64,000 bases of DNA from Botryllus schlosseri (GCA_051294905.1 CM119380.1:11656001-11720000); one strand, 5' to 3'; shown: positions 24,432 to 37,882, counted from the first letter of the stretch. Made by a program: numbers and translations. The notes: generated from the letters alone by a model not told the origin.

Positions 24432-25793
24432 CAGGCCGTGTTATTTTTGGCATATGCCAAAACTGCCAAAAATAACTTATTTTTGGCATTTTTTGATTTT
24501 TATTTTTGGCAGTTTTGGCATCGTCCTCTAAATAGATAGTTTCAGCCTCGAATAAGTCACAATAACGCTTTATTTGGGCTAGTTTGTCAAAAGACACCAC
24601 ATAATGTGCAGCATCCACGTATAATCAGTGCCAACAAACAATAAGAAGAAGAAAAAACCTAACGATTTCATAGGTTGATAATATCAAACGAAACCACAAA
24701 ATGAGCAGTAGGCTATCCATCGTAGTCGGTGCCAGTAAGCAAAAAAAGACAGAAAAGCCTAACAAACACGCTCAACAGCTGATTGTTACAGCTGTTGAAT
24801 AGACTTAAATCGTTTGCACTGTAACAGTGCTTCCGAACTCAGGTCAGCTAAGTTTCTCCTAAATTCATTTCTCGCCCGGCGAATCTGGGAAATATCGGCT
24901 TCAACAGTAGCCGTTGAGGGAAACAATGTTGCCAGTCATCCACAAAAGGTTTTCAGAGCTTCAAAATCTTTGGAGGGCCGAACCGGCTTCCATGCATCAT
25001 GAAAAGAGATCACTTCGCCAGTGCCATCGATCTCATCGCGGAAAGAATTTTCTTCCTGATCCTTTCCCAGAAGTTTCCTGCGTTGTCTCTCAACACATTC
25101 TATTAAGTAGGCCGACTATCATTTCTCCTTCAGTCTACCGATATATTTTCGGAGGACTTTTGTCACTTCAGGTGCCTTTAATATTACCAACTCGCATGGA
25201 AGAGTCCTGGGAAGGTTAGCTTGTTTAAGAACATTGACGAAACAAGACTGTCTGGCAAAACGAGACTATGCAGCTCAGAAATAGCCAGACAGTTTGTTGC
25301 GTCACAATGTTCAACTCGGTTACAATGCAAAAATCGTGGTTGATTTTGGGGGTTCCAGTTCCATGAGCAGAATATAATTTATATTTTAATAATCAGTACT
25401 GCGGCAGCTTCTCATTGATACCCGTTTTATCAAATTTACCGCTCAACAAGCCGGTCAAAAATGGTCGTAAAATTGCCTTTAGACAAATGGAAAGTATGAC
25501 GTAAACCAAATGCAGTCAGCCGTTCAATCTCGCTGTGCCCACACCATTTAGGATACCATGCTTTCACCCCTAATGGGTGGGCTGAACCCAGATTAAGAAA
25601 CCTGCCTTTCACAAACGCTTTTCTCGCTTGTAACGCGGTCCTGTTAACACAACACCGTGAACGAAATACACTATTTCGCAGGCCGTGTTATTTTTGGCAT
25701 ATGCCAAAAATTGCTTATTTTTGGCATTTTCAAATTTTTATTTTTGGCAGTTTTGGCATCCGGCTCCTGAAATGCCAAAAATAACACGGCCTG
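24432..25793. mobile_element. hAT deletion derivative (1362 bp)
   Basis: TIR caggccgtgttatttttggca; exact TSD cagatata; tttttggca subterminal repeats. Confidence 0.88.
24770..25560 (-). pseudogene. Decayed hAT-like transposase remnant
   Basis: Minus strand reads FEALKTFCG*LATLFPSTATVEADISQIRRARNEFRRNLADLSSEALL, resembling a hAT C-terminal dimerisation motif; contains stops. Confidence 0.55.
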
Positions 25794-27870
25794 CAGATAT
25801 AGGTCGGTAGTTGGTGACAACATAACTCAACGATACATTAGTTCCATCTCCGGCTTTGTAAACCGGGACAACTCTGACAGTTTTCAGATAATTTGGGTAA
25901 ACTCACCATTTTCTATCATGAAATTGAAAAATGGCAATGAGATGGCCGATGTGTAGGCTAATCAGTTAAACCAGGCTGAAATTAGATCATTTCCAACTGC
26001 CTTATTGGATTTAAGTTCATGAATTGCAGGTGGAAGTTGCAGGCTCGAGTAGGATGGATTGGGATACCGATATAACATCAGGTCTGGCCGACGCAGGTTT
26101 CGAAATAGACGAGGCTATATTAGGCCCTACATTGCAAAAATATTCATTGAAGTAATTTGAGATGGCCGCAGGATCTGTCAGATTGTCCTCGGTAGTCGAG
26201 TTCGTGATTTGCGAGACAGGCCTGGGGCGTTTTTTTCTGGAGCAAGATCAATTTAATTCTTGACCAGGTTTTGTGAGTGTTTTTCTTATGTTTGTTGAAG
26301 AATTTCGCGTTAGCCTTCGCTTTTGCCTTGGAGATATGATGGGCGATGAGATTTCTGAAGCGTCGAAATCTTTCTCGTTCGTCTTGTGAGGTGTTCGTGG
26401 TATCGAGTCTGTGTTCTGTAATGCCACCGGTTCCGTTTTCGGATCAATAGCACCAACTTTGAAGACATCCACGGTATCCTGTTCTTATAGTGTTCAATTT
26501 GCGACGACTTCGTGAGATGCGTTGAAGAGGTGCAAATTTATCGATCAGCGCTTTGATGGTGAACTTGAACTCCCTAAATTGAGCGTCAAAGTTGCTTTTT
26601 GTGATGTTAGGGAGAGTAGACGGATTAAAGAGATTGAACGCGGCCTCGTTGAGGCTTGAGGGCATCTTCGTAAACGGAAGCAGGATGTCTGCTGAAGTGA
26701 TGAGATTCAGCGTGTATGCGTCGTTGACATAATAAGCAGCCGATATAATAGTGGTTACTGGTCATGACTTATTTTAGCAGATATAACTAACGGGAATATT
26801 TCTTTGTCAATCACGTTCGAATAAAAGTGATCAATTAAAGTGCTTGATTTAGCGGTGATTCTCGTGGGCTGCATGATCAATTGACAGAGACCAACGGTGT
26901 TGGAGTATGGATTCGATCTGCTGTTGAGAAGATATATATTATTATTACCCATACTGAAGCAGATCTTGTTTGCACTCTTGATTTTATCCATGCTGTTTTC
27001 CATTGCCTCGGTGAATTCGGCGATTTTGTTTTTGCTATTAGGATGGCGGTATAATACTGCAACGAGAATGATTTGTGCTTGCCGATCGGGTGGTCTATTT
27101 CCAGCCGCAATTCTTCGCATTGATCAATATTCAGGTTGTATTCCGAACAGATTTTGTAAGATATGTAGGCTAATCGTCTATGTGAACACCAACTCCGCCG
27201 TAGGTTTCGGGCGCTGGGGTATATTCGAAGTTGTAGCCCGATATATTTACGTTCTCTGAGGGTTCATTCGGAAAATTGATTTCTGAGATTGATACAAAGG
27301 TGGGAGTACTTTCCAAGTCAGAGACCAAATTATGAAGATAGGCACAATGTGCGCCTTTATTCCATTCAAGCCCTCCCAAATTGGTAGGCTATGTATGAAG
27401 GAGCTTTGTTTCTCAATAGGAAGTTTTGACAGGAATGATGACGTTTCTTCAATCGATATACTGACGCATTGTTCGACCAGTGGAAAAGTACAGATACAGA
27501 TATTGCTATCCATGTTGTTATTCAGTGCGGGGATGGTATCTGTTCAACTATTGAAGGCATAACACAGATATCCATCTCATGGGTACTAATTATGCGTTCG
27601 TTTTTGTGCACCAAAACTATACGCACCATTGGAGATAATCCTGTTAACTTCCAGTTGGAGGGAATTACAATGCGGGCGATGGAAACAGCAACAGTCGAAT
27701 TTGTCAATGTGACTTACACAAACCTTATGATGCGAACTTCAGATAGATGTAAGATCCAAATTGCTAATAACTGTCCAATGATAGCTCCCGATATAACAGT
27801 GGCAATTTGATACCATAAAGTCCTGCAACCGCGACCTTTTGATTCCGTATTTCGTGGCTCTAAATCCGAT
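25794..27870 (-). pseudogene. Decayed CR1/L2-type LINE ORF2 (APE endonuclease, linker, RT start)
   Basis: Frameshifted motifs GYNF..GGVG, LYRHP, PTRIT..SSTLIDH, LIDKFAPL, KTW, FNEYFCNVG, VRVVPVYK, NYRPIS. Confidence 0.85.
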
Positions 27871-27881
27871 TCGCTAATTGG

Positions 27882-28835
27882 TAGGGCCATTTAAAGTCAT
27901 TAAAGTCATATTTTTTCTATGCATCAGTAAGTCGTTAAATCAATTTTAACGCAAAAGCCGCATCCCTAGGAGGTATATTAAGAAAGTTATGAAGTCATAA
28001 AAAGTCATATTTTCCTGGTTATGTCATAAATGAGCTTTTTAAGTTATATAGTCATATTTTTGAGTTATAAAGTCATGTATACTTCATATAAAAAGTACCA
28101 ATTTAAGCGGTGAAGCAATTATAAGCACTAAGAAAGTACGGCAGTTACTCGTTGGGGTAGCTGGTTGAATGCTGCTCAATATTAGGCCGAGAGACTTCCA
28201 CACGTGAAAGAAATAGTCAATGCATATAGGAAGATGAAGGAGTTATTATAAAGAGCGTCAAAAATTCAGTCAACGATCAGAAATTGACTAGTCAGTTAAC
28301 AGAAATAAGCCTCCACTATAACAATATTTGAAACTTAATACTCAAAATGGAAAGTTGTATGTAGACCACCATGAACGAGGCCCATCATGTTGATATAATG
28401 CCCTTGATTTCGGCAAAGATCCGCCTGAGCTCAAAAATTACATTAAGAAGCAATGAGACAAAAACGATGTGAAACAAATTATAGAGCTACACATACAAAA
28501 CATTTGTGCAGCACTTTATGCAAAACTGCAGAAGTGTCAACCCCCATCAGCGTCTGTGGAGCGCTTATTTTCCTTACTACAGTAATTTTACGTCCAAATC
28601 GTAACTTTAAAGACTCTAACATTCCACTATACTAGAACAGTTCTACAACAGTGGTTTAAAATAAAAAAATGGATGTCTATTACTGTTATGTTGCGTATGT
28701 TTTACTCTTTGGTTCCGTGAGTGACGTTGTTCGCATGTAAAAATACATGATTATCACATAAAGTCATACAAAGTCCTATTTTCCGAAAAATGATGTCATA
28801 TTATTGATTTTTAAGGTCATATAAAAATAGCCCTA
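27882..28835. mobile_element. hAT-type MITE (aagtcat-rich)
   Basis: TIR tagggc / gcccta; TSD ctaattgg / ctaattgc; reiterated aagtcata motifs. Confidence 0.8.
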
Positions 28836-30671
28836 CTAATTGCCCGTAAAATATTTGCGTTTTCCCACTCCCAGCGTTGCGGGTGTATCAGATCAATTGG
28901 TGAAAATCTACCTACTGTATCTTTATTGAATATATACACTTCTTGTCTTCAAAATCCTGTCTTTTGAAACTAATACAACTGCATATCTTGAGAGCGATGA
29001 AATCACGTCCGCTCTCCTCGCCGTCTGCTCCCTCCCCTCTGCGAATTGCTCTTAGCTAGTCAGTCTGATTTATTTTCTCCATGAAGTCACGCCATTGAAA
29101 AACAAGTCGACATATGAAACGGTGATTAATAATGAATCCGAAATAATGGACAAAGCATCCCACACACGGACAGTACACAGAATACTCCAGTATGAGTCCT
29201 CGCTGCAGCACATTTCAAAGTCTATCAATCAATCGTCAGAATATATTTTCATCTGCACAAGACACACGCTCACAATGTACAATGCGATATACAAGACTCA
29301 CAATGCGATGTAATGAACAGATAGGGGGATGCCAAACGACCAACCAACCAGTTATGGTCTCTTGAAGTGGTATCCACCTCGACCTAGTGCCCGATGTCAC
29401 GGTCTTCTTCGATGTTATTCTTTATTCGTCGGTTCTTTTTAGAAGCCATTTCTTGCTATTTGTCTTTCTTTATCGGGTCTTTTTTTCCGCAGTAAGAACA
29501 ACGACACGAGGGACGAGGAGCCAGAATAACCTCCGGCGCCGGGAATCGAACCAATGCCGCCTGCCTGCTTTCGTAATAATTGCTCGCAGCAGGTTTCTGT
29601 AGATCTAGGTCAATGTAGGGTTGCCATACGTCCCGAATTTCACTGTTTAAAATGCGTCCGGGAGGAAATGCTGAAAGATGCCCAAATGTCCGGAATTTTG
29701 AAGGCTTGGAAGGAGCTAAATTTTATTGTAAATCAACATTAGCAATAGACCTATCTTATTCTTGAAATTTTTCTTCACATGTATTAATTTTAGAATGAGT
29801 ACCCATGTACTTGTAAAAACTACAATAGAAATTAATTAAAATAACTATCATTTACCGTAATGATACTCATTGTAATCGCAATTTGACAGAACCGTATATT
29901 CCTATAGTTTCGGTAAGGCCGTTTGGATGCTTTAGGTAAAGATTGTGGTTCTCAAGCTTGGAGTAGGTTGCCCTTTTCGGGGGATCGCGAATATGTTAAA
30001 CTTAATCAGCTTTTAACGTAGGCCGTGGGTAAGTCTGGGCAAAGGTGCTGGCCATTTTTTTTAGTAATCAGCTTACCAAATTTTGAGGTTGGCTACGGAA
30101 CGTTTTCAAATTGAAAATGGGGTCGCGGCCATAAAGGTTTGGAAGCTACCGGACCTACAATACACCCTGCTAATGCCGGTAGGCATTTCGGCCCATTAAT
30201 AGCCTGGGCTGAAAGAGGGTGAAAAATTTATAGTGATATATGGAAGAACCAATATTATTGACACAATTCATCCACATATTTAACAACCAGATGCACATAG
30301 AAACCTGATGCATATAGTAAGCCCTCTAGAACAGTGGTCGGGAACCTTTTTTGCCAGAAGAGCCATATTGGCCCTATTTTTTCCATCTCAACTCCCGAAG
30401 AGCCATACATGCCAATCAACTGTTACGTCACAATTGGAAATTCGTTACGTCATGGTAGCACTACTTCGAGCTCACTACATGGGATTCCTCGTGTGCGCCA
30501 CATTAATATAAACTGGTATTTGTTGGTCGAAAATAAAGCTCGAAACGAGAGGTAAGACGCAGACGGGCCAAGCCTCACCAACGATATCGCAATTCATGGT
30601 AAGTAGCTTAGAATTTATTATAACTGATATTAATCGAATGTGACTGTCACACTGATTTCAAAAATCTAAAT

Positions 30672-31772
30672 CAGGGGTGGGCAAACTTTTGAGCTCGCGG
30701 GCCGCATTCAACATCTGAATCCATTCGCGGGCCGCACTATGTAAAATTGGGATTATAAACCAAAACGCAATATTGATATTTGATTATATAGTGAGGACAT
30801 GAAGATAATGTATGGGCTTATTTAAACCAAGCCAAACACTGCTTTGATGATATCGTACACGCGTCGGAAACATATAGTGGCGAGATTTCATAGGCCGGCG
30901 GACCTCAATAACCAATTTGTCAAAACTATAGAGATGAAAGTCAGTTGGGCCGATTCTTAGAACAGGATTGAAATTTAAATCTGTGAGCAGCGATCTGTTC
31001 ATAGGTTTACTAATTCCACTTTTGGTTTAGTTCCAGGACACACAATGCTGACAGCATCATAACTGTTAGCTTCAAACACGCTACTACAATGTGTAGATAA
31101 AATATAAATACCCCAATTCTATGCATAAAGACAACAAATCTACCTAAGACACCCCAGAATCGTTTTCTATAAGCACAACACTGAAATAACTATAAATGGA
31201 GTGGCCAATCTGAAATCCCACTCGTGATCCCAAGTATGTCAATCTCGTTGCAACTATCCCTCTATGATATTAAGTATCTACCCAAGATCAGTGATCCTCA
31301 AACTTTTTAAGACACGCCCCACCCCATGTTGATGGTGGAAGATTTCGCGCCCCCTTATCGTGATATCACAAAACGCAACCAGGATGCTAGCAAACCTAAC
31401 GGGTAGGTAGATGGCATGGAAGGTTATCACTATGGATGAGAGATTTTTAATTATGTAATTCACATTAAATACAGAGCAATAAGTTTGAAGTGGATGTAAA
31501 TGGCGCGGAGCGCGAAAAGTTTTTTTCAGTTGAGCTCAGCTTCGCGTCCCCCTTCAGATGCTTTCACGCCTTCAAGGGGGGCGCGCCCACCAGTTTGAGA
31601 ACCCCTGTCTGAGAATTATCATGGTGAAATATGCTAAGAAAAAGTTAATCAAGTCCCTGCATTATTTCGATTTTTAGTAGCCTACGCATTTTATCAATAT
31701 CTTAAAAAAGTTTCTTTAGACTCTCGCGGGCCGCACAGAACGGTGTTGCGGGCCGTAGTTTGCCCACCTCTG
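30672..31772. mobile_element. hAT non-autonomous element, CAGGGGTGGGCAAAC family (1101 bp)
   Basis: TIR caggggtgggcaaact / agtttgcccacctctg; exact TSD atctaaat. Confidence 0.9.
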
Positions 31773-32070
31773 ATCTAAATACTTATCGACTTCTCCATTC
31801 TCAAAGTATTCGGCGGTAACATAACGTTGCGCTACACGCATACATTTGATACTACACAGTACGTGGAGAAAATGGAACGTGGATAGCTATGGCGTTGTCC
31901 GTAATTCGCGTTTGTAATTGTGAATGTCACATCCACAACTGTTCATTTCGCGCCGTAGATCAGGAAGACAATGTGTATTTGAAAATTGCGTTTTGAAATG
32001 GGCGTTGCCATGCCTGTTCTTTAATTCAACGTATCGCACAATTCATGGTTTCGATTCGGATCCATCGCCA

Positions 32071-32129
32071 GGAGGTTTAAGTCGCCAGTGATTTCGATGG
32101 CGTGGGCTCGAATCCCATCGCTGCTACCA
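32071..32129 (+). pseudogene. tRNA-Leu(AAG)-like 3' half with encoded CCA
   Basis: Anticodon-like loop ttAAGtc, variable arm, T arm gtggg-ctcgaat-cccat, acceptor strand cgctgct-a-CCA; no D arm or 5' strand. Confidence 0.55.
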
Positions 32130-33482
32130 CGTCAGGATACAGAGCCTGTACCCCCTGTTACACCACGAAACGATGCCGCTGCACGATAAACGTTTATTAC
32201 AGAAGAGACATCCTAACAGCACGAGTAGTCGTTATATAAGGCAACTAAATAAACGGCGCAATCAGAGAACTAATCATTAGCCTGCCAATTAACAGGTACC
32301 GAGGTTCGGCTCCAATATAACACAAACAATACTGGCGCCTAGAATTCGCTAGTGATATTGGCCGCCGGCGTGACAGTAACTTAAATTTGATGATTTTGAA
32401 GAGAGGGGGTCCGAGCCCTTACCATGAAGACGGCATTCTCTTTACCTCTCAAAAACATGTTTATACTGCCACGAGAATAATTATTTTGGTCGTGATGAAA
32501 ATTTACGAACAAGTCGCTGCAATATTGATCAATTTAGTACAAAAATAGATATCTGGCAAAGAGTCACATCTTATACCCAAAAGAGCCATATATGGCTCGC
32601 GAGCCATAGGTTCCCGACCACTGCTCTAGAAGTTGCATCGATCACCCTATCGTGGGCCTCAGACCAGTGTTTTCTGGGGTGGGAGTTGGTTTAAAGTGTT
32701 GTTTCGGTCCTGGCTACAACACGCAACAGTCACATATGTGCTCCGACCTAATATAGTATAGCAGGGCTGTCAAACACACGTCATACATTTCATCCTGCCC
32801 GTGTAGAAGTCTGTAGAAAACCAAATGAGAATACGGACCGTAGCAATCAGCAGCAGAACTCAAATTAGAGATGGCCTAATAGTCTGTAAATCGATAGGCA
32901 AAGCATTTTCAGTCTGACGTTATATGTGTTCATACCTACGTTTGAACCCCGCTAGGGGGCGCTAAAGAGCATCAGGAAATTGGGCCACAAAATATGGTAA
33001 CCCTAGGTTATTGCCGCCACGCGTCCTCAGTTTTAATCAATATGATATTTACCAACCGTCTGCTAAGATTCTGACTGTAGCAATCGCGTTGTGAGCCAGC
33101 CATGCACGACAGTGCCCGAAGAAGTTGAAGTATGATATGACTTTTGGCCAACCCCACACAAACGGAAATAGAAACTGTGTGGAATTATTTGGCACTACAT
33201 ATAAATATAGATCCATTGGTTCATTTATTTGCCGTTTTAAATTGAGGCCCTTTACCATTTCACGGAAGCCCAGGCGAGACCTTCGAGGGGAGCGATGGGT
33301 TATCGCTTTGGTGTATGAAGTTTTGCGGAAAAATTTCCGCATTGCGTTATTTTGTTGCTGCGTACAGGAAAAACTACACAACACGTTTGCAGGACCGCAT
33401 AAAACAGCATTCCCAATGTCCATAGATTTACTAGAACACGCGCATCACGCTCGCATAAAGCTCATCCTTCTTGATTCATGCC

Positions 33483-33905
33483 TAGGGTTGCATTTAAAAC
33501 AAAAATCAATTTTTCACAAACATGTTTAAAACAATGCCCTTGTTTAAAACATTTTTAAACCATGACGTCACGAATATTCAATTGTGACGCCATAGTGGAT
33601 TAACATTGACAATTGAAAATATAGGACAAATATTGTTCCTTTGATGAAATATCTGTACCATAGCTGTTGAACCGGCTATTTTGAGGTCTCGAACCATCCC
33701 ATATCGATATACGTCGTTTATATCGGGTGGTAATTGTCCTTAGGCTCATACAACAGGTGTTTCGGAAAGCATTTACGCAATTATGGCATAATTTTACAAC
33801 TAATAAAAACACAATTATTTTTTAAAGGCCTTTGTTTAAAACACTATTTAAAACATGTTTTAAACAAAGTGTTTTAAAACACCGTTTGTGTTAAATGGAA
33901 CCCTA
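33483..33905. mobile_element. MITE, TAGGGTTGCATTTAAAAC family
   Basis: Ends tagggttgcatttaaaac / ttaaatggaacccta; homologous to 5943-6363 and 49574-50129. Confidence 0.75.
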
Positions 33906-35115
33906 TACAATCGGCCAATCATCGTATTCTTGGCAATTCCGCTGTTTGCAATTGAAGGGAGTACTAGAATTGAGACCTTGGCTTTCTACAAACACCGTGG
34001 AAAGGTAATTTACTATTGTATTATTCACGCTTGACACGAAAAAAATCACATTTTCAAATATTTGAATAAAATTGATTTTGTGCCGGTCGTAATTCTTTTA
34101 ATTAATGAGTTATGGACATCAGGCGAGAGGATGCATCATGACATCGTAAAACTGTCGGTTTATAATATTGCAGCTAGTGGACCTTTGGCATGTTACAATT
34201 TATGTAGAATATTTTAAAATCTACTGAAGATTGATCTGATATCAGAGCATTTGAGCGATGTAGCCTAATCCTGGTTTTGATATAGTCGTGATAAGTATAG
34301 GCTATTGTTACTGTCATTGCCAAAGTCAAATTAATTCAGCGTTAGATTTTGCCTTCGATTAATTTTATTGGAACATATCAATATTAACTTAAATATAATC
34401 ATTATTTGAGCCATAATAGCATTGCTTCTTAACCTTTTTAGCGATCGTACCCCTTGTGCTTCCAATGAGATTTCTCGTAGCCCCTGTCCATTTTCAACAC
34501 AATTTCTGATGTTACCTATATTAAAATCAGAAAGCCCATTCACACAAAATCGCGCGTAGCGCGAAGACTATTTTCAGTTGAATAAATTGGCCAGGAAAAT
34601 ATTCCACAGCATATAGGGGGGCTAATTCCACAATGCATCTCGTACACCCTGATGTGGTGCTTCGTACCCCGATGGGGTCTACGGACTCTGATTAAGTTCT
34701 TATATCTGAAAAAGATATATGGCACGTTAATATATTGTTGAATACTTGAAATTCCAAAATGCCGTCGTGGGCCGCACAAAATGCTCTCGCGGGCCGCGTG
34801 TTTGAGACCTCTGGTATAAAACATGTTTTAAACAGTGTTTCAAACTACCACTTTTTAAAATGCAACCCTACTCATGCCGTGAAGCTTTATTCAAAACAGG
34901 CAAAGGTCAATAATTCGGCCATTGGAAAACATTTGTTGGATGATCCTGTTTGTGAGAATAATTACACTGGTCGACCAGATCAATTTTTTTAGTGGGAACA
35001 TCTCGGAGTCGTTTCAGGGGTTTTCAAGGTATCACAATCACATTAGTTTTACCATATCGACTCTGGTTTACAAGCTACGCATACCCCTAAAAGCGCACAA
35101 ATTACTCTATTTACC

Positions 35116-35719
35116 AAGGGTTACCATGCGTCCTCCTGTGGCATACCACTCATTGATTACTCTATTACCCCGATTGATTACTATTACCCTCGGTGATTCG
35201 CGTGGTAGCCTATACCTGCTATTATGTGTCACTCCGATGTCAGTCGGCTTTAGTCACCGTCCGAGGAGCAGTCGCTTTTTTCTCTTCGTCGGACGAGCAT
35301 CGACGTGTTTTAGTTGTTTTAATGAAATAGTAATGCTGGTGTTGTACTATGTCTTACGGAGCCGCGGGCCTATGAGAACGCGCGCCCACGATCAGAGCAC
35401 GCTATACTCCTTCAGGAGGATTTGTCATCCTTTTTCGGGTTTTTGAAAGTGATGCCCAATAAATGTGCTCATTTTTGGCAATTTGTCCTCCTTTACAGCT
35501 TTTAGAGCTAATATAGTGGACAGATTGTAGTGAGAATGGGCATAAATGACGCTAAATAGGAAATTCGTCGTTCGAACGAAAGTGACGACCTTTATTTGAG
35601 TCAACCAACCGCAAAGTCGGGAAAAATGTATTATTTTCAGAATTTTACCCCACAATCCCGAGTCTGAAAAATTTTGAAAAAGTGTCCTCCTTTCCCAATT
35701 CCAAAATATGGTAACCCTA
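35116..35719. mobile_element. hAT-type MITE (AGGGTTACCAT termini)
   Basis: TIR agggttaccat / atggtaaccct; flanks share atttac. Confidence 0.55.
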
Positions 35720-36079
35720 ATTTACTCCCTAAACTCATTTGGTAGAAAGTAAATCGTAGCTTTTTTATTTTTATATTGCGCATAACTAGATTGACTATGG
35801 AAAACCTTCATGTCATCTTCAGTTATTCAACCAATATCAACATGACCTGATGTGAGATCTTTTTTTGTCGAAAAACAGTTTGTAAAGCCTAAAAATTGAA
35901 CTTTTGCGAAACGGAAATATATTTTCCCCTGTATAAATTGGTCATTCTACCAAAATAAAAGAAGAGTCTGAAGCTATCAGGTGTGTCCTTGAATAGCTTA
36001 ACTATACACAATACTCGGTTGCGTCTCGTCTCTTTTGGATGGTAAATGGACAATTTTCTGCTGGGTCAGCAAAATGGGT

Positions 36080-36480
36080 ATACCTATAGTATCCCTACCG
36101 AACGAAAAGCTTGAAGCCAGTATCGTTGATGGACCTCCGATTCTAATACGTATGAAAGATTCTAATTTCATATTTAGAAATGAGCTTACTGCATGGAATT
36201 CCTTCTAGGAAGTAGTAAATAAAACTTTTTGGAAGATCACAAAGCACCCAACTACAAACAGGTGGTCCGAAAATTGGTATCTGCACATGGGAAACATGGA
36301 GAAAACACGAGCATTAAAGTCCACTTCCTGTTCAGTCGTCGTGATATATTTCCTGATCATCTTGGTGATGTGAGTGAAGAGAAAGGGTTAAAAATTCACC
36401 AAGACATCAAAAGAACGAAAGAAGGATATAAGGGCAGAGGGGATGAACTGAACATGTTATGGAAAACTATTGCTGGAACC
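36080..36480 (+). pseudogene. Chapaev-like (CMC) transposase C-terminal relic
   Basis: Reads DGP..RMKDSNF..AWNSF*EVV..FLEDHKAPNY..SIKVHFLFS..FPDHLGDVSEEKG..IHQDIK..YKGR, matching the SLKIHFLHSH..LGAVSDEQGERFHQDI motif I associate with Chapaev3; degraded. Confidence 0.7.
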
Positions 36481-37526
36481 TTTCGAGAGGTTGCACTAAA
36501 TTGCTTAAAACCGAAAATCATACAAGAAACAAGTTTGTTTCAAGATAAATTATTAATATTATAATCCGACTGATTATTTTGAATTTACAATAGGTGGTTG
36601 ACATAAAACTGATTGAATTAATGCAACGTTATTTGAGTATTTAGGTAGATGCTTATATATATGATTGTAGTTTATTTATGTACATAATATCCGTGAAAAT
36701 CTCCAACTATGATAAATCCAATACCCCTAAATATAATGATGTCGCTGTATTTTGATTCAAAACAGTCTTCAGTGTGTAAAAATAACAAGTGGATTGAATT
36801 TTTGAACTTTATTATACGGCTGAGCCGTTCTTTTTATCTGGCCTAGCACCTGCAGCGGAAATATGAGATTTTATTCAAAATAGCCCCATGGATTATCTCC
36901 ATATACAGAGCCATTCTGAAAAAAAAACCAAGGTCATATTCAGAATCAGTGCCCTTCAGAACCCCCAAACTACTCTAACTTTGTATGCCTGAAATTATGT
37001 GTTGACCAGTATTATCGAGACGACGGATTTCTCGTTGTCGGGAGAGGCAGCCGTTCACTCTTTCATTTGGGTGCCACGGAACCGCGTCTCTTATCAAAAT
37101 ACGTTAACCACCAAGTCTGCGCCATTCGTGTACCATTCAAAATAGTACATTGAACATAAGCGCTCTCTCCACCCCGATTATTCGAAACTTCCTGCCGATA
37201 ACGTTATATTTTGTGCTACGATTGTTGATATACAAGATATTTTCCGATTCTCTACTAGTTGCTGGCGATTAACCGTGACGAGTGTTAGCCGAAAATATTC
37301 GGGCTCATTAAAATATGAATATACTAGTCGATTGTATAGTGAAGTTATGTACCTCGAAGAAGCAGATTTTCAAACACCTAATATCGCCTTGGCTGCCAAC
37401 TCTACCAGTAAGAATTTCTACCAACACGTAAATCTGCATCACATTATTGTATTCGAACAGGACTCTGTTACATGTCTTATTCGTTTTCGACTGATATCGT
37501 ATCACAAGATCACGCAGAAAGCTAGA

Positions 37527-37882
37527 TTAAATGATATAAAGAGGATGTGTTTCGTCGTGATCGCGTCTTTTCTTGGTATTCCTGGATTGGCGCGGCAGTG
37601 AGCGTCCTTTCAGGAGCGAGTTGTCCACCGAAAACGGCAGTTGCTGGTGCTGCTGCGCTGGCGTGACCACTGCATGGCGCTCCATTTTCTGTAAAAGATC
37701 TTTCAATACTTGTATCTTGACATCATCTGCGTTGTCCCATGTCGGCTCATTCGCGTCGGCGACTGGAAGATCACTAGCATCAAGCGTCATTCTGAAGTTG
37801 GGGTTGATTTCATTGTTCGCTTTGTCGTAATAGAACTCGTATTCTTGCGCTCGCGCAGCGAAGCCGTCCATCGGTGGACTGT
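37527..37882 (-). CDS. Candidate terminal exon of an unidentified host gene
   Basis: Pyrimidine-rich acceptor ..ttatcgttccaatag|; 117 open codons with protein-like composition and higher GC than the flanks; no repeat hallmarks; ends KKRRDHDETHPLYII*. Confidence 0.55.

Larger units (their letters stand above)
30332..32623. mobile_element. hAT (Charlie/Buster-like) element, CAGTGGTCGGGAACC family
   Basis: Perfect TIR cagtggtcgggaacc; exact TSD ctctagaa; second copy at 44377-46832. Confidence 0.9.
29616..33005. mobile_element. Older hAT-type element hosting nested MITEs
   Basis: TIR tagggttgccat / atggtaacccta; degenerate TSD ggtcaatg / ggttattg (6/8); related to 35116-35719. Confidence 0.55.

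Noticed and set aside
34922-35446. 174-aa ORF
   Set aside because: Crosses a MITE boundary, has a non-ATG start and no recognisable motif.
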